A stretch of DNA of 62,975 nucleotides, counting the filler, from Sphacelaria rigidula (taxonomy: Eukaryota), in the NCBI GenBank assembly GCA_964200075.2. It is 5 parts of 5 records of this genome, joined end to end, with 100 filler letters (N's around TTAATTAATTAA, not from the genome) between each part and the next. Parts side by side here need not be neighbours in the genome. Positions count along the whole stretch, not along the records: positions 1 to 12,517 come from CAXNAA020003675.1; positions 12,618 to 25,133 come from CAXNAA020003676.1; 3 more parts are not named here. One strand, written 5' to 3'. Below, in pieces: positions 1 through 12,809 of this stretch; within the stretch, counting starts at the first letter, position 1, and each line of letters starts with the position of its first letter. The position numbers and the translations under genes were made by a program. The notes under the pieces were generated by a model. It did not search any database, was not told the DNA's origin, and saw nothing but the letters and a program-made list of their open reading frames with translations.

Positions 1-2072
1 GGGGGGGGGGGGGGGGGGCGGGGGTGGGGGGGGGCGCACTCATCGGCTGCTTGCCTCAGTCGTTTGAACATTGAGCAGGCATCCCTCTCGAGACGAGACA
101 CCGTTCCTTCCCTCGTAGTCCAATGGTCGGGATATCTGACTCTCGATGTCGCTGGGGGAGAAACGACAAAAACACGCTCGAAAGTTTGTTATACATCTTG
201 GGCTTTGTCAAGGAACAGCACGGTCCGTCCTTCGACAATCAACAGACATCCGCGCTGCATCTGTATATCATACCGACACACAACAGTGGACACCCCCGCG
301 TCCACCTTCACGCAGAGACACAGATACACACAGGCACACACACAGACAGTACTGTGCGATAAGCACTGGTAGTGTGGACTCTACTACAACAAACGAGCGA
401 CGCAAAAAAATCACATTTATAAACCAATTTACATGGGTGACGAGGACTCATGCTGCGATGAGGGGGGGTATTTTGGGGGCATTTCTTCCACGAAATTCCA
501 TTTCAACTCATCGTCGAAAGCAGCAGGGGTTGTTCGACGGCGCTTGTTACCTATAAATAACGCTCATTCATATTGCCTTACACCATTTTTACCCAGACAC
601 AAGCGCACCACGAGTGTGTTCGGTCGTCTGACAAACCCATGAGCCCCTTTTAACGTAGAACCCAACACCCTCCCACATATCGCAGCATCACTCTAAGACG
701 CGATGGAAATCACGGCATCTCTGCGACAACATCGGGCCCCGTCGTGACACCTACTAATGATCTCGATTCCTTGGAAATGCGCAAGGCTTTTACCACTATG
801 GGACATGCGCCAGAAAAAGAAACTTGATAACCCGTTACAGAGGGTGCTCCGGGGAGAGCTCAACAAATCGCCTCGAGTAAAAACAAATATGGAGGACAAA
901 ACTTGCGCCATGACAATCTGCAAAACGACTTGCGGGGTTTTACTCGAAAATCGCCGGAAAACTTGATGGCCGAAATCAGAATTATGACAACGCGTAGACG
1001 TGGCTTGCGGCACTTTCCACCTCGGCCTCGACCCCGACCTCTTTGCCCTCTCCGACACCGCCTCTGGTCTTTACTTGGTAGTCCACCTGGTCGAACATGG
1101 TACCAAATAAGCGAAGCCAGGCACACGCAGCGGAAAACAGGCACGATTGTCATGCCCCCGCACATGTCGTGAGCGGTCATGGAGGGACACAAGCAGCGAT
1201 GACACTACGTCATATCCAGCCGCAACCTCGCACGTCACACATGGCACCGCTCTCCGTCGGTCAGGCTAGTACCTTAAGACGGTCCTGAGCCCATTTGGTA
1301 GGATTCAACCTCGACAGTACTGCAGGATTCCCCCCCAGTTTGCCTGCCACTACGCTTCGACAAAAGACTGGCTACCGTGACAGCTGCACTCGTGCCATAT
1401 CTACAGCGTCTAGGATCGTAGATTTACTGCAGTAGTGTGGGGGCACACATAGGTTGCTCAGGATCGAGAGCGATCCCTCCTTGGCGACCATGCTATTTGG
1501 CTTTGAGATATGATTCTCGTGGATGTTGCTTAGGCGACCGAACCTCAGGAACGAACGTGCTCTTCACAATTTGGGACGCCTGAAACGTGCAAATCAGGGA
1601 CTGGCGAATTGAGACAAAATTGATGAAAGTCAGCGGGTTGCGGGAATGCCAATGGTCATCCTCCGATGCTCGACAACAAAGTACAGGGCTGGTACCGTGG
1701 GAGAGATGGGCTTACCCCTTGACACTCTGGGATAATCCCGAGGGGGGGGGGGGGACGGGGGTTACAAAGATGAAAACATGGACACACGCGCAAATACATT
1801 CGCCACCTCCGTGTCAGACCTTAATCACGTTCAGGTGCAGGCCGGAAAAGAAACAAGGCGCCTGCTTGCTTGCCTGCCTATGCCGCGACCAACCGAAACA
1901 ATATCAAAGTATGACTACATCGACAACGAAAAGCACGCAACATCCAATTTGGTACGTACTACGCTTCGTCACAGCGTATACTAGTTAAGCACGTTACTAT
2001 TGTGTTTTAGTATTATTACTATTACCGAACAATAGCACCATCGTTCGAGTACATATGTCCCAAGCGTAGTAC

Positions 2073-2183
2073 CTTCACATTGTAGAGCCTGGGATTTTTA
2101 GCTTGTCGCACCATCGACAGCTCCCCCTCCAGCAACATTGGCGCACCCTTGGTGGAAGGTACAGCCTCCTTCAGGTAAAACAC
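2073..2183 (-). CDS. PRMT10: PRMT10-like exon D
   Basis: Acceptor TTTGTCCACATAG| and donor AAG|GTACT. Encodes VFYLKEAVPSTKGAPMLLEGELSMVRQAKNPRLYNVK, which completes THWGQQ-VF and resembles the PRMT10 MSRxKENxRL motif. 111 nt, phase 0; not in the supplied ORF track. Confidence 0.85.
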
Positions 2184-2919
2184 CTATGTGGACAAAAGCA
2201 AACAGAAAGATCAGGTGAGGCCCGGGATAAGCCAAGAGCGAGAGACGCGTCCACCGTATCTCGACATATCGGATCAAAAATACAAGACGGAATATCTTCC
2301 TGTCGGGGCGAGCAAATCGATACTTATTGGCCTCTCTCAAATTAATACACCCAACATGCAGGTGTCAACGGGGGGGGAAATGTATTATACATGACCGCCG
2401 TTCGGAGCAAGTATCACGCTCTTGAGTATACATGCTTGTACAAGGAAAGGTTGTGCTCCCTGGCGCCTCGCGGCAATATGGTCACGTGAAAGCTAGCTTC
2501 GATGCCTACGAGGACGGGAGGAAAACCAACATCAGTACTATTCACTAGCGGACTGGCAGATAATAGATTGGACTTGGCAAGGTAAAGAGATGGGATAACC
2601 AACCATACCACCGGTGATGCAGTACATTTGATTAAGGAGAGGACGAATCATCGCTGGTTTGAATCACCAAATCTACGATTTCTGAGGCCTGATTGTTCGA
2701 AGGAGGATTGAAAAAAAATGACAGCGGGTCTGAGAAGCTTCTGCACAGTTCTTGCTCTTCTTTACGTGCCTGGGGTGTACTGCAGTGCAACGACTTAAAA
2801 ACAAAGCTTCGGGATTGATACATTCGTACCGTACGAATCGATTTCACTAAAAGCAGCACCTAATCAACAGACGAATCATCATTTGTCCTACCCATGCATT
2901 CGATGCACGTGAGACTTGC

Positions 2920-3131
2920 CTGTTGCCCCCAGTGCGTATATCCTGTCGCAGGGGAGGTGGAGAACTCAACCGGCGAGGACAAGGGCGATACGCCGTCCCG
3001 CCCCCGGAAGGAGACGTCGAACCAGCCCGCGAAGCCGGTAGCCTGGGGTGCACCCTTCCTTAGTTCGAACGAAAACGGCGCTGCCGACAGGCCTTTTGTG
3101 TCATCTAAGGTGCACGTATGCAAGTCCAGTT
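2920..3131 (-). CDS. PRMT10: PRMT10-like exon C (beta-barrel, THW loop)
   Basis: Acceptor CCCCCGCAG| and GC donor CAG|GCAAGT. Encodes ELDLHTC...GFAGWFDVSF...EFSTSPATGYTHWGQQ, with the PRMT hallmarks GFxGWFD and THW. 212 nt, phase 1 to 0. Confidence 0.92.
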
Positions 3132-3915
3132 CTGCGGGGGTGGAGGAGGGGGAAGACGCGGGTCATGAGGGATTGGTGGAGAGAAACACGAAGCGTATCG
3201 GGGGCGGGGGGGTGTACTCATTCGTTGGTGTATCGGTGTGCATTGGGGGCAGGGGAGTGGTTCCACCTATAACCGATTGAATAATCGCATTTCAAGTGAT
3301 CCTCAAGGAACCTAGCTCTGCTAAGGCCGAAACGGATGAAAGCAAGGCAAGATAACAACAACAAAAACAAAACAAACCGAGCAGGAAAAGAAAGGAAAGA
3401 GACGGAAAACTAGGGGGGGGAAAGTAAAGAACGAAATAGAGTAAGCGAAATAAACCTATGGACCGGTCCCTGCAGCAAAGCTTTATGTGAAAAAAAAACG
3501 TCCGCCATGAAGCACATGTACCCATGCACAAAGCAGAGCAAAGCAGAGCAAAGCAAAAGAGGCCGTGCGAGAAAATTGTGGTCAAACTATTTCGGACATT
3601 GTGCTTATACGTGCGTGGCTCAGGTTGTTGACTATGTCTGACAAGACGCCTTTGCCGCGCGTGAACTTGGGCTTTCTGTCGGTATGTCTAGATATAATAA
3701 AGGTACGATCCTCGGATGGAAGCGCGAAGACGCTCTACACAGTGCACGTTCGAGAACAGCCCCCCCCCCTCCCGTTGTGGCCGATAGCCATTTACAGCAC
3801 CGGGAGGGAGGAGGCGACCGAACGACTTAACAATCAGAATACGAAAAATGATAGTTGTACCGCAATGTGTTGTATGTTGGGTGTTGGGGGTGTTGTCATC
3901 CCATCTATTCCTGAC

Positions 3916-4096
3916 GGCAGTCTACACCTTTCGGTATATGTGGGTGCATCAGCCGGGGACCGGAGGAAGGCTGGCTCAACACAGGAGTGATTCTTCTTCA
4001 TTTGATTTCAGCACTCCACCTTCCTTCTGCGGTGCTTGCCTTACTCTTTATCGCGAGAAGGGCTCAGCAGTCCCTTTTTCTCGTCAACCGTGAAGT
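3916..4096 (+). repeat. Interspersed repeat family D
   Basis: CAGTCTACACCTTTCGGTAT...CATCAGCCGGGG...GGAGGAAGG...CAACACAGGAG...CCTTCCTTCTGCGGTGCTTGCCTT...TCGCGAGAAGGGCTCAGC; second copy at about 37385-37570. Confidence 0.8.
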
Positions 4097-5246
4097 CTAA
4101 CTTTGTGTACCCACGACATAAAATACTCGCTCTCCACTGTTGGGCATGATGTAAGAAACATTCCCAAATCGGTGACATGACAGATATGGCAGAAATTTTA
4201 ACGCGACCACAAAAACAGTGTGCATCTGAGAGACTTCACAGTACGCCAACTGAAAATCAGGGGCTGGGCTCTCACTCGTAACTGCTATACACCCTACACC
4301 AATATCCTCAAAACAGATTGATTGATGATCACCCGTTAAGTGTTCCTCCGAGGGAACCAGTCGACGTACAAACAGATAGCGGACGGATACCGAATTTAAC
4401 TCATTGGTTGACTCCATACCCAAACACGAATATTTACTCGATTCCACGCTGAAAACCAAGCACTTGGTCGATCCCATTACGGAACTCAGCGGCTGTTGAT
4501 CATTCCGAGCTGAAGCGATTATGCTGGGCATGCGGAAACTTCCATGCAAAATGCTACATTCGCAACGGTAGACATGGGTAACCTGCTGCCGTGCACGCGG
4601 TGCTATCAGATGCCCATGCCCTGGTCGACAGCGGACAAATTCGCGAAACACGTGGGTTCTTGAGCTGCGGACACGCAGACGACGCCTTCATGTCACCGGC
4701 GTAGTTCGGTTGCACCCAGTATGAAGGGATCTTGCCAGGCGAAATCGGGCTGCGGCCAGGTAGGGGTCAGGGCCCAGAACGCTTGATCAAAGAGGCCACC
4801 TAAAGTTTTGGTCGTGTATCTACGGTTGATGTTTTCGAACAAACTAACAATAACTCTAACCCTAACCCTAACTCCGACCCAAGGCGTAGGAGACCCTCGG
4901 GCAAGGGGGGTCAATAGGTTCCCCTAGGCAAAGTGTGCGTTGGTAGACCTGAAATTGACGCCGTAGGCGTCAATTTCGACGGAAACACGTTCTGGACGAG
5001 CTGGGTCCACTGCTCACCCGCCCCAAACCATGACATTTCTCAGAATTTTCTCAAGTTTGAAATGAAGCAGTCAGTCATGTTGTCAACCATAGATATACGA
5101 CCAAAGCTTCATATCTACAGTGATAAAAATTTGATCACATATCGGACAGCTCATGACTCACCTAAAATAACTAACCGAAGAAGACTCTCAGGCTGTTTCT
5201 TATAGACTGAAAAAAATATCTCTGAACTGCCCTTTTGAACCTTTGA

Positions 5247-5606
5247 CACGGATTATTGGCCGAATACGGACCTTGGCGGATTTGGTCTCCTCGGAAAATA
5301 TTTGCTGTATGTTTCACGAGGATTCCAGCGCACTTTGCCGATTGTTTGTACGCCCAGTTTTACTCTTGACCGGATCCTGAATCGTTTCAGTCGCCCCCAA
5401 AACCGTTCAGTTGTCGGAAAAAAAACGTACTTTCCCCCGACAACTCCAAGTTTTTTGAGGCGACTGAAACAATCCAGTATCCTGCCAAAGGTAAAACTGG
5501 GCGTACGAAAGTTCGGACAAGCGCGCTGGAATCCTCGTGAAAAATATAGCAAATCTTTCCGAGGAGGCCCAATCCGCCAAGGCCCAAATTCCGCCAATAA
5601 CCCGTG
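5247..5606. mobile_element. Foldback/MITE: near full-length 360-nt imperfect palindrome
   Basis: CACGGATTATTGGC...GCCAATAACCCGTG, with arms complementary to the centre (e.g. TTTCACGAGGATTCCAGCGC / GCGCTGGAATCCTCGTGAAA; GTACGCCCAGTTTTAC / GTAAAACTGGGCGTAC). Confidence 0.88.
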
Positions 5607-7871
5607 ATGAAAGGTTGAAAAGGGCACTTCTCAGAGAGATTTTTTTTCAGTCTAGAAGAAGCGGTCTGAGATCCCTTGTCCAATAACACAAAATACATGA
5701 CACCAGGGACCCAAGAGGCCAAAAGGCTGCCTCTACGCTATTTTGCGTGCTCGGCGTCCAGCGCTGTAGGGAGCAAATATGGGAAAAAGGGGTCTAAATG
5801 AGCTATACATAATAGCTCATGAGCTGTCCGAAGTGTGATATTTGAGAGTTTCGGGGGGGGGGGGGGGAATGGGCCAAAAACTCGGGGATAATTTGGGTTT
5901 TTTTACGAAAATTCAATTANNNNNNNNNNAGAAAGAAAAAAAAAACCAAATTCAATTAGTATATAAAGGAGGGTAAGAGAGGGGGTGGTGGTGAAAAGGG
6001 AGGGGGGGGGGGGGGGGGGGGGGAATGGGCCAAAAACTCGGGGATAATTTGCGTATTCTTACGAAAATTCAATCAAACGATATATATCCCTGGGTTTATT
6101 CTGGCCCGTTTTTGTTTTCCGGTTCTCTCTATTGATCCATGGCGGAGGAGAGACGGAAGTACTGTGGTCCTCGTTCGGATAGGACTTTGTGCGCCACCAG
6201 TAAACTGTAGCTTAGGGTATGGATCAGGGTTGGGGCGAGGGCAACGACTGGGAGCCAGGGCATGGAGGAAAAGAGCCTCCTGTAACGTAGCCTGGCTGCT
6301 TGTTGATGTCGGATCTCGTATGTGCAGAGGGGAGATTGATGCCAACATTTACAACTAGCCGAGAGACACCTGTGTCACGGCAACGAGCGGTACGACAGTC
6401 GCGTGAAATGTCGAAGACCGAAAGCTTCCATCTGGCCCGTATTTGTTGGGTTTCGTCAGCATCCTGGACACGGGACAGCTATGTGCGTCATCCTGAAGAG
6501 CCCGACACTATGAAGCGAGAGGTTCTCATGGGCACTCTCGAGCAGTAGTGTATTACCCCCTCTCCGCCAATATATAGTATCCCCGAGATAGCAAACAACC
6601 CTCTTGTGATTACCACCTCTGTAGACCCCGGCCGCTTACTGTTGACCCGGACCCGTCGACCTGGACCCGTCATCCCGGCCCCGTCAACCGCGGGACCGTC
6701 ATTCTCCAATACCGCCCGGGTTATGGTCATGCTCCTCACCCTGGGCATCGACACCCCAACACCCACAGTCAGTCACTTGATTTTGTGTCCTGAGCCTTAC
6801 CTCCGCGAGGCTCTCCAACCCCAAATCCACACCACGTTTCCACACGCCCGGTGCACCCTACGACATGATGGGTGAGAAACGATAACCTTTCACCCAACCC
6901 TCCTCCCGACTCTACGAGTACTCCAAATTCCTGATTCAAAACAAGTAAAACCGAAGCAAGGACGCTTAGCTGCGGAGGCGTGGAGAACCTTTGGCCTGAG
7001 ACAGCAATCGCCATCCTCGTCAGGAAAGGAGGAACTAAACCTTCCTCGACCAGAGTAATGCCTGTGCTGTTCCGTGCGCCCTCAGCTCTGGCACGTTTGA
7101 CATGCTGTCATATCCCCTGGGGGTTCTCATTAACGGGGCAATATTGCATTTTTTATTCATTTTTTTCCCCCACTCAAAATTGGATTTCCCTCCCCGATTT
7201 CTCTCAAAAAAAGTGATGAAAATAATTCCGACGCTGCATTGTCGCAGAAATCTGCAGTCAGTGATAAATTAATCTAAGGCATAAAACCTGGTTGAGAAAT
7301 TTGCTCTCACATTTTCAGGAGGGGATTTTTTTTCTTCTTTCGGATGTTTCGGAATAAAAACAGGCCCGTTGACAAGAAAAAACGTCGAGGCGGGCCCCCA
7401 CATGAGACGCAGTGGAATTCCGCTTGCAGCATTATGTTACCAGTAGGTAGGGCCCGATCCACTTCAAAGGCAATAGTAAAATCCAGCTGAAATACGGTCA
7501 AAATTTACTTATACTTGGATTGATTTTGAGTGTTTGATTGTCGCACAATTACTGATCTCGCGGTCATACGATAGACATATTGTATACATGCACCCATGAT
7601 AAAACAAAATGGAAATCATCGACAAAGAAGAAAAGTGAAAGTGAAGAAAAAGTACAAATATATAGAACGAATAAAAGGAGTAATCTGAGAGACAACGTGT
7701 AAAAAAGAAAAACAGCACTGTTGTACACCGCTTAACGTGGGGTCTCCACTACTCAAGCCGTGAATCAATCCCCCTACTCGAAGCTCGGACAATCCAGAGG
7801 CATAATCGGTGGATCGACATCATCTCTCCGTCTGCACTGCATATGTCCTCGGCGAAGTCATCGCTGCTCAC

Positions 7872-8044
7872 CTTTCACGACGACCGGGTCAGTGATAACC
7901 TGCAGGTGCGTAAGCTCTCTCCAAGCGCTGTTGAGAGCGAAATACTGCACGCATTCCCCATCGTAAGCCTCGTCCAATCCGGACATGTCTAAGGAGTACT
8001 TTGACCTAGCCTCCTCAGAGAAACTCGACCAGCTGTCTAGCGCA
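7872..8044 (-). CDS. PRMT10: PRMT10-like exon B (dimerisation-arm region)
   Basis: Acceptor ATCCAG| and donor AAAG|GTGAGC. Encodes SALDSWSSFSEEARSKYSLDMSGLDEAYDGECVQYFALNSAWRELTHLQVITDPVVVK (cf. DW..F......YGVDM). 173 nt, phase 2 to 1; joins exons A and C in frame. Confidence 0.88.
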
Positions 8045-10832
8045 CTGGATGCGCGGCGACAAAAAACAACGCCCATAGGCGGACAAGAGACGAAAAAACG
8101 CTGTGTTGGGGGGATCACAACAAATTTTGACGGTTGGGCGTGCGTACCGTATATATATATATATATATGTGTGTAAATCTTATACAATAGCACAAATTAA
8201 GAGCAAAGCAGAGCTACATGTACATACTTTCACACGCACGAAAACGGTGACACGGGCCGATTGGAGCTGGACTTATGACTCATGGTTCAGTGTCGCATGC
8301 AACATTGCTGGGAACTGGTCCAGCCGAAAAACGGATTTCTCGCTCCAGTTCTGAGAGCTGTGATGTGGAATTTGGTGTGGAGTATCGCAATAGCATAATG
8401 ACGAAGTACATGCGGCATACTGATACTATGTAGTTTTTTCCTCTCCATTAGTTAAGGGCAAAAGGCAAGGTGCTTTCTTCTTAACGTCCCAAACCCATGA
8501 AAAAAAAATATTTTTTCCATATCCCGCTGAATTCTTCATATTCTGCCCTTGCGGTACTCCATTCGAAATTTCAACGCACCTTTCTCGAAACTGAGACGCG
8601 AAAGTCAAATTGAATGTTTTTAGTGCCTCTGCTCGTAATGTATCGAGGTTTGTACCAAATCATATGTGCACCACATCTCTAGATAGCTAACGAGTGAGGT
8701 GAAGGTGAGGGCGTCGATCTTTCCCCCGTGTCCCATGTAATGTTCACATCTGAAGATGATCATCATCCACTGTACATATCGTTCGGGGTTTTGTAAAGAC
8801 TTTCGCATAGTGATATCTCTGCACGTCACGGGATTTACTCGACACGGTGTCCAATCAACGAGAAAACATGCGAGCGTGCTGTTGAGTAGATGGAGTTCTG
8901 CCCCGTGGTTGGACGATTAACAACATGTGCGGATCAAGGCCCAATTCGTCTGCGGCGATGAGATGTGGCTAGAAGACCAACTTCTATGGCAGCCACCAAT
9001 CTCGGTATGTGCGCAGAACGGGGGGCCAAAATCGGGAAAAGTATTTTATAGACCCCGATCTAGGCCAAATCGGGAAAGCTGAAGTTCCAAAATTTTGAGG
9101 AAGGTGACGCACGTACATTGACGTACAATGGTAGGGTAAGAGGCGTTTGACATTTTTGCAACCGCAGCAGCAGATAGTCTCGTGACAGCGCACGGCGCGC
9201 CTGCCCGAGCCAGCTGCTGGAGTAGCTTCGCACGGGGTTTGACAAGCGGATAACAATTGTTCACGCCGTACCATACGGCGATGGTAATGTTTCGTGCTGC
9301 ACTGCGCTGCCGTATGTATCACCATAACGAACGGTACTGTACTATCCTAGCCTGGTGTCGCTGTATTTGCAGGGTGATGTATGACACTGCACTACTGAAC
9401 TCTCCTCCCACACTGTTCACTGTTCTCGCAATACCGACTGTATCATCATGTATTACCACAGGGCATTATCGTGTACTGTGATGATGGAGTGTCCTGTACT
9501 GTAATACCCTAGGGTACCACGGTACAAAACTGTACCCGTGGCATTGTTCACCGCCTGCCTGCTCTTCGACTTCACGAGTACGCGACACCATACTCATGCA
9601 GAAAATGAATGTCCGTATACAGAACTATTTGACAAGTCTATGAAACTAGAAAACAGTTCCCACGGATCTGACTATTGCAAATATGAGTCCCCCGATTTTG
9701 AAGAAATTGGGGGCTCCACAGAATCTGAGATTCGTTCCCATAAAAGTTGGTCTCACAGCGCAAGTCTGTTTTTGGGCTGGTCTCGCTCGTACTTACTCCC
9801 CCCCTCCCCTTCATCACTTCCCCGAGCCATGGGGTCACGTTGCCACATTTCGCAGCAGCGATCACCCCCAAAACCTCCACGGCGGCAAAACAGGGGGCTC
9901 TCTTTCACGAGACGTTGATATGAACTCTGTCTAGTGTATACTACTCCCGTACTTCACCCTCTTCTTGTACGGGGGCGCAAGACGAGGTGCAAGGCATGAT
10001 AGTGTCATCTTCCCACATATCACAGCTGCACCGGGTTATGATCTAGAAACGGCAAACATGCTGTCTGGTGCCTGCTCGGGCTGTGGAAAGTCTGTCGCTT
10101 GGGAACAACTGTGAGAAAGCCTTATTAGTGCTATTGCTATTGCTATTGCTATCGTTTTTGTTTTTGTCTTTTTTATTCATTTTTTTGTATTATTTCCGCA
10201 CATGAGACCCATCTTTCGAAACAGTGATCGCAGACATAGGCTCCCCTTTCCAGTACCATAATTGCTATCCCTTACATGAGAAAAGGGCGCCCATTGCTTT
10301 TTCATAATGCCCCAAAACTTGTATACAGTTCCTGAGCGTTGCCTGGACTGTAAGGAATTCCTATTTGGCTTTAAAACAGCCGGGATAACTCCGCACCGGG
10401 CCCGAAAACGTTAACGGAAGAGGGGTGGGGGTTATGGCTCCTGTATCGAACGTATAGGCCCCCTTGCATGGGCCGCAGATATTTGGCTATTTGTGGCATC
10501 ACGCCGATATCCATAGTGCTGTATCGTATCGGGGCACGCCGGACACCACCCCCAGGTGACACATGACACATTTTCTGACCCCACCAGGTCATTCCCTACC
10601 GATGTTACGTAGATTCTAATCGGACGAAGACCTGTGCAAAGGGAGTGCGTTGACAAGTAGTGTACAGCGCACACAAAACCATATGATACGACGCAAGCAT
10701 CACTCTTCACATACCCAACCAAGTCATTGTTACCATTGTTCATCATCGACTCAGGAAAGCATGCTCGGCCTACACGGGTATTGCACCCCGGGCGTCGTAT
10801 GTAATTGATGGCAGGCGGTCGTATCGTAGTAC

Positions 10833-10943
10833 CTGGCGTACTGGGTGTCCTTCCGCTCCTTTCCCTCTCGGTCATCTACAGCTGCCCACACCATGCTGGC
10901 GTGAGACGGGAACATCACTCCATCGTCCTTCAACCATCTATCT
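10833..10943 (-). CDS. PRMT10: PRMT10-like protein arginine N-methyltransferase, internal exon A (most 5' exon found)
   Basis: Acceptor TGTGTTTGCAG| and donor AG|GTACT. Encodes (R)DRWLKDDGVMFPSHASMVWAAVDDREGKERKDTQYA, resembling the RDRWLKPxGVMYPSHAxMW segment of plant PRMT10. 111 nt, phase 2 to 2. Confidence 0.88.
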
Positions 10944-11094
10944 CTGCAAACACAGAGCAAACACACGAGCAGGAAAGACGTGAGTCGTGGCCTGTCAAGA
11001 CGGACGGTCGCGTGCAGCAGGGGGGCGAGATATCTCACAGCGATAGGATCCCCGAGGGATGAACATTTCGGCAGCTGCCGGCACCATCAATGCC

Positions 11095-11430
11095 GCCGCG
11101 CCCCGGTGGTGCAATGGTCCACCTGCCGCCATCAGGGTGGAGAGAACGAGGGTTCCATTCCCGATGTGTTGGGTTTTTCTTTGAAGTTTATGATTTCCAC
11201 CGTGGGAAGCGTAAGGACGTGAGTAAACAAAGTAATCGACTGAGTTTGTGTGACGTGAGTTGACGCGGTGCGGGAGTGGTAATAGTCATGACCCAATCCG
11301 CGAGACCAAAATGCAAGGCGTGTACCGGGGAGAGATGTCTTGGTCCCTTGAGACTGTTAGACCACGGACTCGTCCCGAGGAAAGGGAGGCGTTCAGAGTG
11401 CGGCAAAAAATAAAATAAACGAAAAATGCT
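11095..11430 (+). repeat. tRNA-derived SINE-like unit (family T1)
   Basis: A-box-like TGGTGCAATGG and B-box-like GGTTCCATTCC. The body (GACGCGGTGCGGGAG...GGGGAGAGATG...GACCACGGACTCGTCCCGAGGAAAGGG, A-rich end) is shared with the units at 12810-14240. Confidence 0.65.
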
Positions 11431-12452
11431 GGTATTGTACCTACAGCACTGCATCGGGACGCGTAGCATGTCGCCCCCACCCCCGTGAAAGCCACCCCCT
11501 GCCGAATTTTCAGGGTCCCCGAAACTCACCGTTTGAGGGTCGTATATACTGCCACCTACGGGTATAGGCAGATTGGCGTTTTCACGACATGTGTGGGCCT
11601 GGCGGAACAAGATATATATATATATATATATATGTGTGTTGCCGCAAAGTTGTTGGTGTTTTTATGACGCGCTTTAGTCTTTTTCCAGAAATCTAGTGCC
11701 CGTTGTCACGAAGTCATGGCACAGCAAGACAGAATAGAAGGGAAAAAAGGAAAAAATATGCCCACGAACAGGGAAGGACGGTGCCCCGAACAGCGGGGCT
11801 CTACACACTGGTCGGCGAAAAAGAAAAAAACGAGTACACAAAACTTCACGTACGGCTCGAAAGAACAAACTGGACAGCGGTGAGGTGACTGAAAACAAGA
11901 TGCTGCGAGTAGGTCGTGCGGTCTGCCGAGTACTTGAAAAAAGACGCGATCCGACAAGCAATCAGCACACAGCGATTGCTCGTGCTCGTGTAGCAATCTC
12001 TGGAATAATACAAAACAGAGTCAGTGGGCCGTCGACTGCAGAGTTTGCGACGAAAACTCCATCGTCGACATGCGTACCCCCTCGTGACTTCATACAAAAT
12101 AAAACACGCCAATCACAAACCAATGAACGTGCCGGACGGAAAAAGCTGCACGCATACGTGCATTTATCGCGATATCTACCTTAGGTGACGACGCTTGGGC
12201 ACATGTTTGGAGCAATGCCACGGTAGCGGTACACTCTTTTCCTCTGAGGGTCTTTGTTGTAGGAGCCTTTCGGTGGCAATATCTGGGCCCTAGTGTGCAG
12301 CCCCAGACAACGTTTGGACTGAAAAGTGCATTCCTTCTGTGGCATCACTAGTTGGGTGTATTACAAATATTTACGCCTCCTTCGCGTGTTGCCGCGGACG
12401 AGGTAAAACAAACTGATCACCAATACTCGATCCCCCCTCCCCCCTCTTCACA

Positions 12453-12517
12453 TGCTCCGTCTCGAAAGGGATGCGTGGTCAATGGTCAAACGACTAAGGC
12501 AAGCAACAAATGAGTAC
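12453..12517 (+). repeat. Interspersed repeat family A (about 65-75 nt, next to G/C runs)
   Basis: GTCTCGAAAGGGATGCGTGGTCAATGGTCAAACGACTAAGGCAAGCAACAAATGAGTAC; copies at about 36-95(-), 25234-25310(+), 50190-50262(-), and a partial one at about 3205-3230(-). Confidence 0.8.
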
Positions 12518-12617
12518 NNNNNNNNNNNNNNNNNNNNNNNNNNNNNNNNNNNNNNNNNNNNTTAATTAATTAANNNNNNNNNNNNNNNNNNNNNNNNNNN
12601 NNNNNNNNNNNNNNNNN
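12518..12617. other. Scaffolding linker (assembly gap)
   Basis: 44 N + TTAATTAATTAA + 44 N; an artificial six-frame-stop spacer. Confidence 0.97.
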
Positions 12618-12809
12618 TATTCTCTGGTATCGCCACTTCCAGAGACAGCCACGGCTTATACACTGCCTCATGGGTGCCTCCTTAGGTGGTGGGGGGGGAG
12701 AGATGATGTGCTGCGTCTCCTGATTCAGTTTTGCAGGTACTGGTGCGAGGCCGTAAGTAGTCGGAACCGTATCAACCAGGGGTGCTGTTATTCAGAGGGA
12801 GGGGGTCGT

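Noticed and set aside
693..1058. Possible Copia RNase H remnant (NSDFGHQ...)
   Set aside because: Similarity is too weak and the key motifs (STEAEY, KHID) are absent.
1493..1579. Candidate terminal PRMT exon (TTTCAG|ASQIVKSTF...KAK*); alternative strong acceptor at 152
   Set aside because: No recognisable homology for either candidate, and the second runs into repeat family A. Cannot be chosen without RNA data.
5853..6073. Direct repeat G-run-AATGGGCCAAAAACTCGGGGATAATTTG on both sides of a 10-N gap
   Set aside because: Most likely an unmerged, low-quality contig overlap after a G homopolymer.
12562..12573. TTAATTAATTAA motif recurring four times at about 12.6-kb spacing
   Set aside because: It is always centred in 100-nt N blocks, so it is an artificial scaffolding spacer. 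The near-regular spacing reflects how the window was assembled, not biology.
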